DNA from: an uncultured Alphaproteobacteria bacterium
GTDB taxonomy: Bacteria; Pseudomonadota; Alphaproteobacteria; Methylaequorales; Methylaequoraceae
Assembly (NCBI GenBank): GCA_902536655.1
Contig: CACAYF010000009.1
Location: 3,122 to 67,121, forward strand
Direction of reading: 5' to 3'
Length of the DNA stretch: 64,000 nucleotides
Positions 51,358 through 60,269 of this stretch are shown piece after piece (position 1 is the stretch's first letter; the number at the start of each line of letters is the position of its first letter). The position numbers were made by a program, and so were the translations under genes. A model generated the notes under the pieces. That model worked only from the letters and a program-made list of their open reading frames with translations. It was not told the DNA's origin and searched no databases.

Positions 51358-52155
51358 ATGAAGGCTTTACTATATTCTTTAATTTTCACAACATTGTTAT
51401 TTTTTAACAAAGCTGAGTCAAACACCGACTTGATTAGAGAGGCCGTTGAAAATCCTCACAGAAAAGAAGAAAACAAAAAAAGAGACGTATATCGAAACCC
51501 TTATGAAACTCTAAATTTCTTTGAATTGGATAGATCAAAAAAAGTTTTGGAAATAATTCCAGGAAGAGGTTGGTATACGGAGATAATTAGTACCTACATG
51601 AATGATACAAATAACTTCCATGTTGCAGTTTATAAAGAACCAAGTTACGCGATTGAGATCATCACAAAAATCCAAAGTGAATTCTTTGAATATTTTCAAA
51701 AAAATAAAAATAAATTTGGAGAAATTAAAAAAATTTTTATCGATAAAGATTTCAAAATTGAAAGTAATGAAAATTCTTTTGATTTAATTTTGACATTTAG
51801 AAATACACATAACTTTTTAGATCAAAAAAAATCAGAAAATTTATATAAATCAGTGCATAGATCTCTAAAAAAAAATGGAATACTTGGAGTTGTTCAACAT
51901 AGAGCTGATGAATCTGCAACATATAATTTTAAAAAGGGTTATGTAAAAGAATCATTTTTGATAAGACATATTGAAAAACAAGGATTTAAGTTATTAGAAA
52001 AAACTGAAATTAATTCTAACGCTAAAGATCTCAAAAATTACAATAAAGGTGTATGGACCTTACCTCCAAGGTATGCAGACGGTGATAAAAATAAATCTAT
52101 TTACGAAGCCATAGGAGAAAGTGATCGCATGACTCTAAAATTCATAAAAAAATAA
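51358..52155 (+). CDS. Secreted class I SAM-dependent methyltransferase-like protein (COG4798-like)
   Basis: It has a signal peptide and the motif I-like VLEIIPGRGWYTEII. 265 aa. Confidence 0.5.
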   Translation: MKALLYSLIFTTLLFFNKAESNTDLIREAVENPHRKEENKKRDVYRNPYETLNFFELDRSKKVLEIIPGRGWYTEIISTYMNDTNNFHVAVYKEPSYAIEIITKIQSEFFEYFQKNKNKFGEIKKIFIDKDFKIESNENSFDLILTFRNTHNFLDQKKSENLYKSVHRSLKKNGILGVVQHRADESATYNFKKGYVKESFLIRHIEKQGFKLLEKTEINSNAKDLKNYNKGVWTLPPRYADGDKNKSIYEAIGESDRMTLKFIKK

Positions 52156-52947
52156 ATGATTCATTTTGTAGTTGCGACAAACTCAGAAGCAAGACCTCTA
52201 ATTGATCTATTCAAGCTAAAAAAAATCAAAGATTTAAAACAAGCTTTTATTTACGCAAATCAGAACATCAGCTTAATCATTTCAGGTATCGGTAAAGTTA
52301 ATGCTGCTATCGCAGTTACTCAAACATATTACTGTTATAATCAAAAAAATAATAATATATGGATAAATATTGGATTAGCAGGACACAAATATTTAAAGGT
52401 TGGAGATATTTGTACAATAAATAAGATTACTGACAATGAAACCAAAAAGAATTTTTTTCCTTTTATAAATAAATTTAAAATGCAGAATCAAGAGTGTTTA
52501 TCTGTAGGAATACAAAAGAAAAGTTATAGCTCAAAAGTTTATGACATGGAATCATTTGGTTTTTATCAATCAGCATGTAAATACTCTTCAAAAGAACTTT
52601 TGCAAATTGTCAAGATCATCTCTGACAATGAATTTGAATCAATCGATTTTAAAAATAAAGAAGTTGTATATAATATTATTTTAAATCACAAAAAGTTAAT
52701 AAATGAACTATGCTCATTTATGTTAAATTTAAAAAAAGAATTTTATCCAACCAGTAACGAAATTATTGAAAATGAATTCAATAATTTACTTACAAAAATA
52801 AAATTTACATTTACGGAACGCGAACAAATGAAAGCACTTCTAAATTTATATTTCACGAAGCATAGTTCGTTTCATGATGATATGATTAATTTTAGTGAAA
52901 ATGCAGCATACAATATAAAAAAACTTAAAGAATTTCTAAAAGTATGA
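52156..52947 (+). CDS. PNP/UDP-1 family nucleosidase (MTA/SAH- or 5'-deoxyadenosine-nucleosidase-like) with a ~70-aa C-terminal extension
   Basis: LIISGIGKVNAAIAVTQ, IGLAG, KVGDI and DMESFGFYQ align to the Pfs/MTAN motifs (SGIGKVAAA, GSAGG, EMEA). The extra C-terminal ~70 aa are not explained. The stop overlaps the splB start (ATGA). Confidence 0.6.
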   Translation: MIHFVVATNSEARPLIDLFKLKKIKDLKQAFIYANQNISLIISGIGKVNAAIAVTQTYYCYNQKNNNIWINIGLAGHKYLKVGDICTINKITDNETKKNFFPFINKFKMQNQECLSVGIQKKSYSSKVYDMESFGFYQSACKYSSKELLQIVKIISDNEFESIDFKNKEVVYNIILNHKKLINELCSFMLNLKKEFYPTSNEIIENEFNNLLTKIKFTFTEREQMKALLNLYFTKHSSFHDDMINFSENAAYNIKKLKEFLKV

Positions 52948-53924
52948 AAATCAATACAATATACATTGAAAATGCTGCAAAATCGCATCCCAATACCTAT
53001 GATATTATCAAAAGAATTAAATATAAAAATATTATATATTGTAATTCCTACTCTGAAGTTTTTAATTCTAATAACCAAAATTTTAGGATTCAAAAAGAAT
53101 CACCTTCGCTAATACTAGCATATAAAAAAAAAAACTTTATACTCAAAGCACCTGAAAAATTTACTATTGGATTTAAAAATAATTATTATTTTTCTCATCT
53201 TCTTAATTGTCCTTATGATTGCAAATACTGTTTTCTTCAGGGAATGTTTAACTCGGCAAATTATGTATTATTTGTAAATTACGAAGATTTCTATTCTAAT
53301 ATAAAAAAAATAGCTGAAAATAATAAAGAATATTCATGTTTTTTTTCAGGTTACGACTCCGACAGTTTGGCACTTGAACATGTTACAAACTTTCTTAAAG
53401 AATTCATAAAATATTTTGAAGGAATAAAAAAAGGGGTATTAGAAATACGTTCCAAAAGTATAAATATCAAAGTCTTTGAAAAAATTAAACCATTGGCTAA
53501 TGTGATACCTGCTTTTAGTCTTAACCCTGAAAATGTGGTAAAAAAATTTGAAGATAAAACACCAAGTCTCTCAAAAAGACTAAAAGCAATAATCAAACTG
53601 CAAAATTTAGGTTGGTCAATTGGCTTAAGATTCGATCCAATAATTTACTCCGAATATAAAGGAGGTTATGAAGAATTCTTTAATAATGTTTTTGAATTAA
53701 TTGACAAAAAAAAAATTCACTCGGTTACTCTAGGCAAATTTAGGATGCCGGATCGGTATTTAAAAAAAATTTCAAAAATAAGACCTGACAATAATTTAAT
53801 ACAATTTGAAAATGTAAAAAGAATGTTTCCAAAGTTAGATCAAAATTATGATCAATTTCAACAAACTTTACTTATAAGATTATTAACTAAATTCATAGAG
53901 AGAGAAAAGATATTTGCAAATTAA
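52944..53924 (+). CDS. splB: Spore photoproduct lyase family radical-SAM DNA repair enzyme
   Basis: It has CPYDCKYCFLQ (CxxxCxxC) with the Cys residues at 89/93/96, the same register as Bacillus SplB 91/95/98. N-terminal IYIE, central and C-terminal blocks (…GLRFDPIIYSEYKGGYEEFF…) align with SplB. The residue aligned to the Bacillus H-donor Cys141 appears to be Tyr. Confidence 0.7.
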   Translation: MKINTIYIENAAKSHPNTYDIIKRIKYKNIIYCNSYSEVFNSNNQNFRIQKESPSLILAYKKKNFILKAPEKFTIGFKNNYYFSHLLNCPYDCKYCFLQGMFNSANYVLFVNYEDFYSNIKKIAENNKEYSCFFSGYDSDSLALEHVTNFLKEFIKYFEGIKKGVLEIRSKSINIKVFEKIKPLANVIPAFSLNPENVVKKFEDKTPSLSKRLKAIIKLQNLGWSIGLRFDPIIYSEYKGGYEEFFNNVFELIDKKKIHSVTLGKFRMPDRYLKKISKIRPDNNLIQFENVKRMFPKLDQNYDQFQQTLLIRLLTKFIEREKIFAN

Positions 53925-54295
53925 AATTTTCTATCTTTAAAAGCAAATTTTCTACAATTGAAAATTAATGAATTAGTTTTGTGACTGTCCTCACGTTTAA
54001 AATTAAGTACTAAATCACCTGAATATCTTCCGAGAATTCCTGAGACAGATCCATTTGACTCTGGATAGAGCTCGATGTTTTTTGAAAACCATGAAATATT
54101 GGATTTTGTTACTAAAATATTTTCAGCCTCAAAAGATAAACCACCTAAATCAATTTTTTTATTATCAGTGTTCAATAATAGAAAAATATCTTTTACATCC
54201 ACTTCATTTGTTAGGGCGTTATTATTTGTACATACTAAATTGAGCTCAAGTGAAAAAATTAACTTTGGAATCAAAAGAAGAAATAATAAGTGCAT
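53921..54295 (-). CDS. Small secreted hypothetical protein
   Basis: 124 aa with a signal peptide and no motifs. It is convergent with splB. Confidence 0.35.
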   Translation of the reverse strand: MHLLFLLLIPKLIFSLELNLVCTNNNALTNEVDVKDIFLLLNTDNKKIDLGGLSFEAENILVTKSNISWFSKNIELYPESNGSVSGILGRYSGDLVLNFKREDSHKTNSLIFNCRKFAFKDRKF

Positions 54296-54451
54296 AAAAT
54301 GATAATTTCAAAAAAAAAAAAATTGTCAATTTTAATTTTAAACCAATTAATTTTTTTATAATAAGCAATTATAATTTTTGTATTTAGATAAATAAAAACT
54401 TTTTGTTATATTAACTATGTTCAAACTCTTCAATAAAAAAAGTGAAATTAA

Positions 54452-55192
54452 GTGTGGAAAAAAAAATTATATATTAAAAATAATCTTACACCATTTTCAA
54501 TAAATCGATCAAAAATTGATTTATTTTTCGATTGTAATAGATGTTTTTATTTAGACCAAAAACATGGAATAAGAAGACCTCATGGCACACCTTTGGTTAT
54601 CAATAATTTTGTTGTAAGTCATTTCAAAAATAATTTGAATAAATATCGAATTTTAGGAAAGATTATACCAGAAACAAAAATGATAAATAAAAAATTAGTT
54701 CCTATTAACAATGATTCACTGGATAATTGGACACATCCCTTTAAAGGGATAAGCTATATTGATAAAAAAACAAACCTAAAAATCAAAGCTAATCTTGATG
54801 ATATTTGGCTATGTAACGAAACTGGAAACAATTATCCAGTTATTATAAAAAGTACATCACGAAAAAAAAATATTAGCTCAGAAAATATTTGGCCAGGTTA
54901 CTGGAAACAACTCTCATTATATTCATTTCTTTTAAAAAAAAACTCGATAAAAGTAGGTTCAACAGGTATACTTGTTTATTTAAATGCTTCTGAGGATATT
55001 CCAAACTCATCGGAAATAATTGATTTTCAATTGTTGGTTTTCGAGAGAGAACTAGACCAAACTTGGATCGAACCAACTCTTGATAGAATATATCAAACTT
55101 TAAATTATGATAAGGTTCCAATTAGTGGTAATAATTGTAAATATTGTAAATATCAAATAAATATTCAAAATATATTAGATGGAAAGTTTTAA
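54452..55192 (+). CDS. Cys-rich Cas4/RecB-like (PD-(D/E)XK) nuclease-like protein
   Basis: The N-terminal FFDCNRCFYL resembles the Cas4/AddB CPR(K/R)xYL iron-sulfur/nuclease motif. GISYID (GxhD), QLSLY (QhxxY motif III) and a C-terminal CKYCK Cys pair are present. The motif-III ExK glutamate is not clearly present. The ORF has a GTG start, with an alternative ATG at 54417 in another frame upstream of an A9 run. Its end overlaps the ligase start by 14 bp. Confidence 0.35.
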   Translation: MWKKKLYIKNNLTPFSINRSKIDLFFDCNRCFYLDQKHGIRRPHGTPLVINNFVVSHFKNNLNKYRILGKIIPETKMINKKLVPINNDSLDNWTHPFKGISYIDKKTNLKIKANLDDIWLCNETGNNYPVIIKSTSRKKNISSENIWPGYWKQLSLYSFLLKKNSIKVGSTGILVYLNASEDIPNSSEIIDFQLLVFERELDQTWIEPTLDRIYQTLNYDKVPISGNNCKYCKYQINIQNILDGKF

Positions 55193-56498
55193 AATCATCC
55201 AGAAACTTGAGTCCACAAGTTCTCGATTAACAAAAGAAGAAATAATCCTTAACGAAATGAAAAATGAAAATAAAGTATTTTTCAATGGAATGAGCCTAGC
55301 TTACAATAAACTTTTAACGTTCGGTGTCAAACAAGTTCCCAAATCAGAATCGAGTGGAGATGGTTTAGAATGGGAAGAATTTAGTCAATTAGCTGACAAA
55401 TTAGTATCTAGAAATTTAACTGGACATGCAGCAAGAGACGAAATTTTAGCAAAAATGAAAAAATCATACAAAGATGAATGGAATTTTTTTTATAAAAGGA
55501 TTTTACAAAAAGATATGAGATGTGGGCTGTCAGAAAAAACTATTAACAATGTGGCAAAAAAAAATGGTTTTGTTGAATACATAATTCCAGTTTTTGCATG
55601 TCAACTAGCACAAGATTCAGAGTTGCATCAAAAAAAACTTACTGGAGAAAAGTTTCTTGAAGTAAAGTTAGATGGTGTGCGAGTGATTACTGTTTTATAT
55701 CCAAACGGAAAAGTCGATATGTTCAGTAGAAATGGAAAAGAATTAACAAATTTTAGAAACTTGGAAGAAGAATTAAGAGAAAAAATAAGAATTAACCCCA
55801 TAGATGAAGCAGTTGTAATTGACGGAGAAGTTGTAAGTAAGAATTTTCAAGAACTAATGAAACAAATCCATAGAAAAGAAGTTATTCAAAATCAAGACGC
55901 AACACTTTTTTTGTTTGATTTTCTTCCATTTGAAAAATTTAAAGTTGGTATTTACAAAAAAACTTATAAATTAAGAACTTTGGATTTAATAAATTGGTAT
56001 GATCGTTTTATTAAGAATTCAGATAAAATTAAATTAATTGAAAAAAAAATTATAAATCTTGATTGTTCTGAGGGCGTGTCTGTTTTTAGAAATTTTAATA
56101 ATGAATCTATAGTCCAGGGTTATGAAGGTATAATGATAAAAGATCCAGAATCATTTTATGAATGTAAAAGATCTACAACCTGGTTAAAATTAAAGCCTGT
56201 CATAGAAATATCTCTTGAAGTAAAAGATTTTGAAGAAGGAACTGGAAGAAATGCAGGTAAATTAGGAGCAATCATAGCTGAAGGCGTTGACAATGATAAG
56301 TTTTTTAGATTGAATATAGGTTCTGGATTTTCGGACGAACAAAGAGAATATTTTTGGAAAGACAAACATAAATTAATTGGTCAAATAGTGGAAATCAAGG
56401 CAGATTCTATTAGTAAAAGTCAGGATGGTGAACACTGGAGTTTAAGGTTTCCAAGATTCAAATGTTTTAGAGGATTCGATATTAAGGAAAAGTTGTAG
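55179..56498 (+). CDS. ATP-dependent DNA ligase with a small N-terminal DNA-binding domain, a nucleotidyltransferase domain and an OB domain
   Basis: It has motif I KLDGVR, motif III FLFDF, motif IV EGIMIK and motif V WLKLK. The N-terminus LESTSSRLTKEEIIL is typical of ligase DBDs. 439 aa. Confidence 0.85.
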   Translation: MESFKIIQKLESTSSRLTKEEIILNEMKNENKVFFNGMSLAYNKLLTFGVKQVPKSESSGDGLEWEEFSQLADKLVSRNLTGHAARDEILAKMKKSYKDEWNFFYKRILQKDMRCGLSEKTINNVAKKNGFVEYIIPVFACQLAQDSELHQKKLTGEKFLEVKLDGVRVITVLYPNGKVDMFSRNGKELTNFRNLEEELREKIRINPIDEAVVIDGEVVSKNFQELMKQIHRKEVIQNQDATLFLFDFLPFEKFKVGIYKKTYKLRTLDLINWYDRFIKNSDKIKLIEKKIINLDCSEGVSVFRNFNNESIVQGYEGIMIKDPESFYECKRSTTWLKLKPVIEISLEVKDFEEGTGRNAGKLGAIIAEGVDNDKFFRLNIGSGFSDEQREYFWKDKHKLIGQIVEIKADSISKSQDGEHWSLRFPRFKCFRGFDIKEKL

Positions 56499-56526
56499 TT
56501 AATTTGATAATTATTAAGTATACAGA

Positions 56527-56991
56527 ATGTACAAATATAAAATTTTAATATTTTCATTAATCTTCTTGATTGTTTCATGTGAAAATACAAGTGATAAAAA
56601 GGTATTCGGTCAAATTATTGGTGCAGCAGTAGGAGGATATGTTGGTTCTAAAATCGGTTCTGGAGCCACAAAAGATATTTCCGTTATTTTAGGTGGTGCA
56701 GCTGGATATATCTTAGGTGGTAAAATTATAGAAATTTTAAGTAAAAAAGAACAAGAAGAGTTTAATAACGTGATTGAAAATTCTCTAAACTTTACACCTG
56801 ATAATGTAAGTGAATCCTGGCAAAGTAATGAGAATCAGAAAATTACTGGTGAAGTAACCCCACTAAATAATTATAAAATGAAAAATCGAGATTGTAGAGA
56901 TTTTAAAAAGGTAATTAGAAAAAATAATGAAATATTTGAAGAAAATTCTTCTGCATGCAGAAATAAAGACGGAAACTGGGAAATTATTTAA
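56527..56991 (+). CDS. Glycine-zipper lipoprotein (17-kDa surface-antigen/SlyB-like)
   Basis: It has a lipobox ...IVSC and Gly-zipper segments GAAVGGYVGSKIGSG / GGAAGYILGG. The C-terminal domain carries two Cys. Confidence 0.55.
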   Translation: MYKYKILIFSLIFLIVSCENTSDKKVFGQIIGAAVGGYVGSKIGSGATKDISVILGGAAGYILGGKIIEILSKKEQEEFNNVIENSLNFTPDNVSESWQSNENQKITGEVTPLNNYKMKNRDCRDFKKVIRKNNEIFEENSSACRNKDGNWEII

Positions 56992-59476
56992 TTCTAAATA
57001 TTTTAATAAAAATTGGGAGTAAAATAAGACTAGTTATCAAAGTATTTGATAATGAAATAAATAACAGTAGGCCCATAGAAGATGTTCCATTATGTGAAGA
57101 GAAAAATAATGTGCTAAATGAAAAAATTGTTGTTAAGCCGCTAAATAAAATTGCCAAAGGCGTGTTAGAGGAAAATAATTTTTTAAAATCTCCTAGTTCA
57201 TCAAATCGCTTTATAAAATATATTGGGTAACTTACACCTAAACTAAAAAGCAAGGGTATCGCAATCATATTTGCAAAATTAAAGTTTAATTTTAAAACAA
57301 TCATAAAAAAGATTGTTAAAATAAATGCACAAACCAAAGAACTTACGCAAACTAAAACATAATTTACCTTTCTAAAAATTAAAAATAAAAATAAGATTAA
57401 GAAAAAAAGTGAAATTATTAGAGCTTTTTTAAACGAATCAATAACTATTTTACCTGCATTAAATTGGACTACAGGCATGCCTGTAGCACTTGGAAAAAAA
57501 GTCTCTATAGTACTTACAAATTCTTTAAGATCCTCTGGTTTTGATAAGTCTCTGCTCGGAAAAATTTCTACACGATATAAATTATTATCAGATATATATC
57601 TGTTACTAAAATTTTCAGGTATTTCACTAGACAAATTATCTGGAATAGAACCAAGATTTAAAACACCTGATATGAGATCATCAAATTTCTCAAAAAAGAT
57701 TTCTTCAATTTCGAGGGATGAAATATTATCATTTTGAAATAATAAAATATTATCTTTTAATTGTTTTGCATTCAAAGACACTTGACCAAAATCACCTTGA
57801 ATATATTTGTCAAGAAGTAAACTAAATCTTTCTCTTTGGTCTCCTCCGTCTGAAGGTTTCTCAAATTTTTTACTAGATAGTAAGAATTTTAGATAATCCA
57901 AATCTTCAGACTCGTACTTTTCAAAGATTTTTTCATAAGAAAAATAGCCACTCACAATATCGTTCTGAAAAATTGGATGATCATATGTGAAACTCTTTAA
58001 TTCTTTTTCTGTAAAAATTACGGAGGAAATATAATCCGACGTAGGATTATTTTCAATTAACTCTTTAGCGAGTTTTACAGATTGCAGTTCTTGATCTTTT
58101 AAGTTTAAAGCATCTGAATCAAAAGTTATCTTACTTAAGTTGAAAGATGAATAAAAAACAATAATAAAAAAAATTATTAATATTTTATTTTTATTGTTAA
58201 TTAGAAGATTTTCATAAAGATTCGAATTCAACTGTATAAAACCAATTTTTTTTTTTTTAAAAAAAAGTCCGAGTAAACAAGGTAAAAAAAATGTGTTTAA
58301 GATTAGTCCAACTACTAAACCGATTGCTGAAATGATACCTAGTTCTGACAAACCAACATAATCAGTTGGGATGAACGACAAAAAACCTATTATAGATGGA
58401 ATTGAAGCTGTAAGTAATATATTCCCAATTGACTCAATAATTTTTATTTTTTCTTTAATAGTTTTGTGTTTTAAAAATTTTTTTTCTTTAATTCTTGAGC
58501 AAATTTGAATCCCGTAATCAACTGAAAGACCTATAAAAAGTACAGCAAATGCGACAGAGATTAGATTTAATGAACCAATTACTAATGTTGTAATACCAAG
58601 TGTAATAACTAAACCCAAAATAATAGTTAAAACTATCGAAAACAATAAATACAAGTCTTTAAATGCTATCCAAAGTAAAATTGCTACCAATACAAAACTT
58701 AGCAAACCAGAAAATGAGGCACCAGAAGAAACTGACGCAACTTCTTCATAGTCAATTAATAATCCCCCAGTGTAATCTACTTGTATGTTAGGGTTTTGGT
58801 CGGACTTAAAATTCATTAGCGATTCGTAAATAACTTTGAATGAATTTTTTTCAAGAAATTCTTCAGATAACCCAAAAAGAATAAAAAACTCATTTTTTTG
58901 AGTGGATAAAATATTTGTCCACTCAACTTTTTTTTTTAATGAAAGAGATTCATTAAAAATTTTAAATATATTGGCAAAACTGTCTTTATCTTCTTTTGAA
59001 TCTGATTTTAATGATAATTCTAAAATATTATTTAGACCTTCCAGCTTATTCTCATGATTATTTATTTGAGATATAAAAGGCTGAGATTCATATATTTTTT
59101 GTATCAAATTATCTTTTTCAAAGTCATTCAGAAAAAGAAAAAAATTTTTTTTCAGATTTTTATCTAAATTTGGTGAAAAAATGAAAGAAATACCATCCGA
59201 ACTATTCAATCTTTTCACAAACTTTTCACTTGCAAATTTTACTTCATCATAATTTTCACCCTTAATTCTAATTAAAATATTATTGTTAAGAACTTTGAAA
59301 GAATCTTTGAGTTTTTTTTGATTTTTTTTAAAATCTAAATTTTCGTTTATAAGTGAATCCGTTGATGTATTTATTTTAAGATTAGGGATAAGTATTAAGG
59401 AAATTAGGGATATAAAAACGAATATGGAACAAGTTTTTTTTGGATTTGTTAAAGCTATGTTTAATAATTTATTCAT
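56984..59476 (-). CDS. RND/MMPL-superfamily exporter of about 12 TM segments
   Basis: 830 aa. It has two repeated halves, each with a large periplasmic loop followed by a 5-6 TM bundle. This is the SSD/MMPL-like topology. Confidence 0.65.
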   Translation of the reverse strand: MNKLLNIALTNPKKTCSIFVFISLISLILIPNLKINTSTDSLINENLDFKKNQKKLKDSFKVLNNNILIRIKGENYDEVKFASEKFVKRLNSSDGISFIFSPNLDKNLKKNFFLFLNDFEKDNLIQKIYESQPFISQINNHENKLEGLNNILELSLKSDSKEDKDSFANIFKIFNESLSLKKKVEWTNILSTQKNEFFILFGLSEEFLEKNSFKVIYESLMNFKSDQNPNIQVDYTGGLLIDYEEVASVSSGASFSGLLSFVLVAILLWIAFKDLYLLFSIVLTIILGLVITLGITTLVIGSLNLISVAFAVLFIGLSVDYGIQICSRIKEKKFLKHKTIKEKIKIIESIGNILLTASIPSIIGFLSFIPTDYVGLSELGIISAIGLVVGLILNTFFLPCLLGLFFKKKKIGFIQLNSNLYENLLINNKNKILIIFFIIVFYSSFNLSKITFDSDALNLKDQELQSVKLAKELIENNPTSDYISSVIFTEKELKSFTYDHPIFQNDIVSGYFSYEKIFEKYESEDLDYLKFLLSSKKFEKPSDGGDQRERFSLLLDKYIQGDFGQVSLNAKQLKDNILLFQNDNISSLEIEEIFFEKFDDLISGVLNLGSIPDNLSSEIPENFSNRYISDNNLYRVEIFPSRDLSKPEDLKEFVSTIETFFPSATGMPVVQFNAGKIVIDSFKKALIISLFFLILFLFLIFRKVNYVLVCVSSLVCAFILTIFFMIVLKLNFNFANMIAIPLLFSLGVSYPIYFIKRFDELGDFKKLFSSNTPLAILFSGLTTIFSFSTLFFSSHNGTSSMGLLLFISLSNTLITSLILLPIFIKIFRIK

Positions 59477-59530
59477 TGTAAATTATCAACTATACTATTA
59501 ATAAATTAAGAAAAGTTAACATATTTTTTT

Positions 59531-59725
59531 ATGGATTTTATACTAAATAAAATAGTTCAGAAAGTTTCAGAGAGGAAATTCAATAGAACTCAATATAAAG
59601 TAAAGAGATTAAAAACGATTTCTGGAGTAATTCATGCTGTGCTAGCAGAAATAAATGACGAAAATTCGGAAATCTTAGTTGCATTATCAGTTTTAGAAGA
59701 TAAAAATAAGTTTAAGATTTTATAA
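59531..59725 (+). CDS. Small hypothetical protein
   Basis: 64-aa ORF with a plausible promoter gap upstream. No motifs. Confidence 0.3.
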   Translation: MDFILNKIVQKVSERKFNRTQYKVKRLKTISGVIHAVLAEINDENSEILVALSVLEDKNKFKIL

Positions 59726-59741
59726 TTTAAGAGGATTTATT

Positions 59742-60269
59742 ATGTCATATTTGAAAAACACAGCAATTCTTGTTGTTATTCTTTTGCTCTCAACACCTGT
59801 TAAAGGTCATGGTCCTTCTAGGCAAAAAGTTTCAGAATCAATAGAGATTAATGCTTCTTCAGATGAAGTATGGAAAATTGTCAGTGATTTTAACAACTTT
59901 AATTGGAATAAGAGTGTAGAAAAAATAAGTGCAAGCTCAAATGATGTTGGTGCAGAGAGAACCATTTTTTTCAAATCGGGTGAAAGTATTAAACAGAAAC
60001 TTGAAAAAATAGATGAAGGCAAAATGATGGTTAATTGGAGAATAATCGAAACTGACAATAAAGTTTTACCTGTAAACAGTTACTCTGCAAAAATTTTTGT
60101 AAAAGAAAGCGATAACAAAACTAAAGTCATCTATAAGAGCGGTTTTTACAGAGGGTTCATGGGCAATGATCCTCCATCAGAACTGAATGACGAAAATTCA
60201 AAGAAAAAAGTAAAAATCTTCATTGTTGAAAATCTTAATGGACTCAAAAAAATTATTGAAAAAAATTAA
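59742..60269 (+). CDS. Secreted SRPBCC (START/polyketide-cyclase-like) protein
   Basis: It has a signal peptide and ...SSDEVWKIVSDFNNF..W......I.... is an SRPBCC-like pattern. 175 aa. Confidence 0.5.
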   Translation: MSYLKNTAILVVILLLSTPVKGHGPSRQKVSESIEINASSDEVWKIVSDFNNFNWNKSVEKISASSNDVGAERTIFFKSGESIKQKLEKIDEGKMMVNWRIIETDNKVLPVNSYSAKIFVKESDNKTKVIYKSGFYRGFMGNDPPSELNDENSKKKVKIFIVENLNGLKKIIEKN

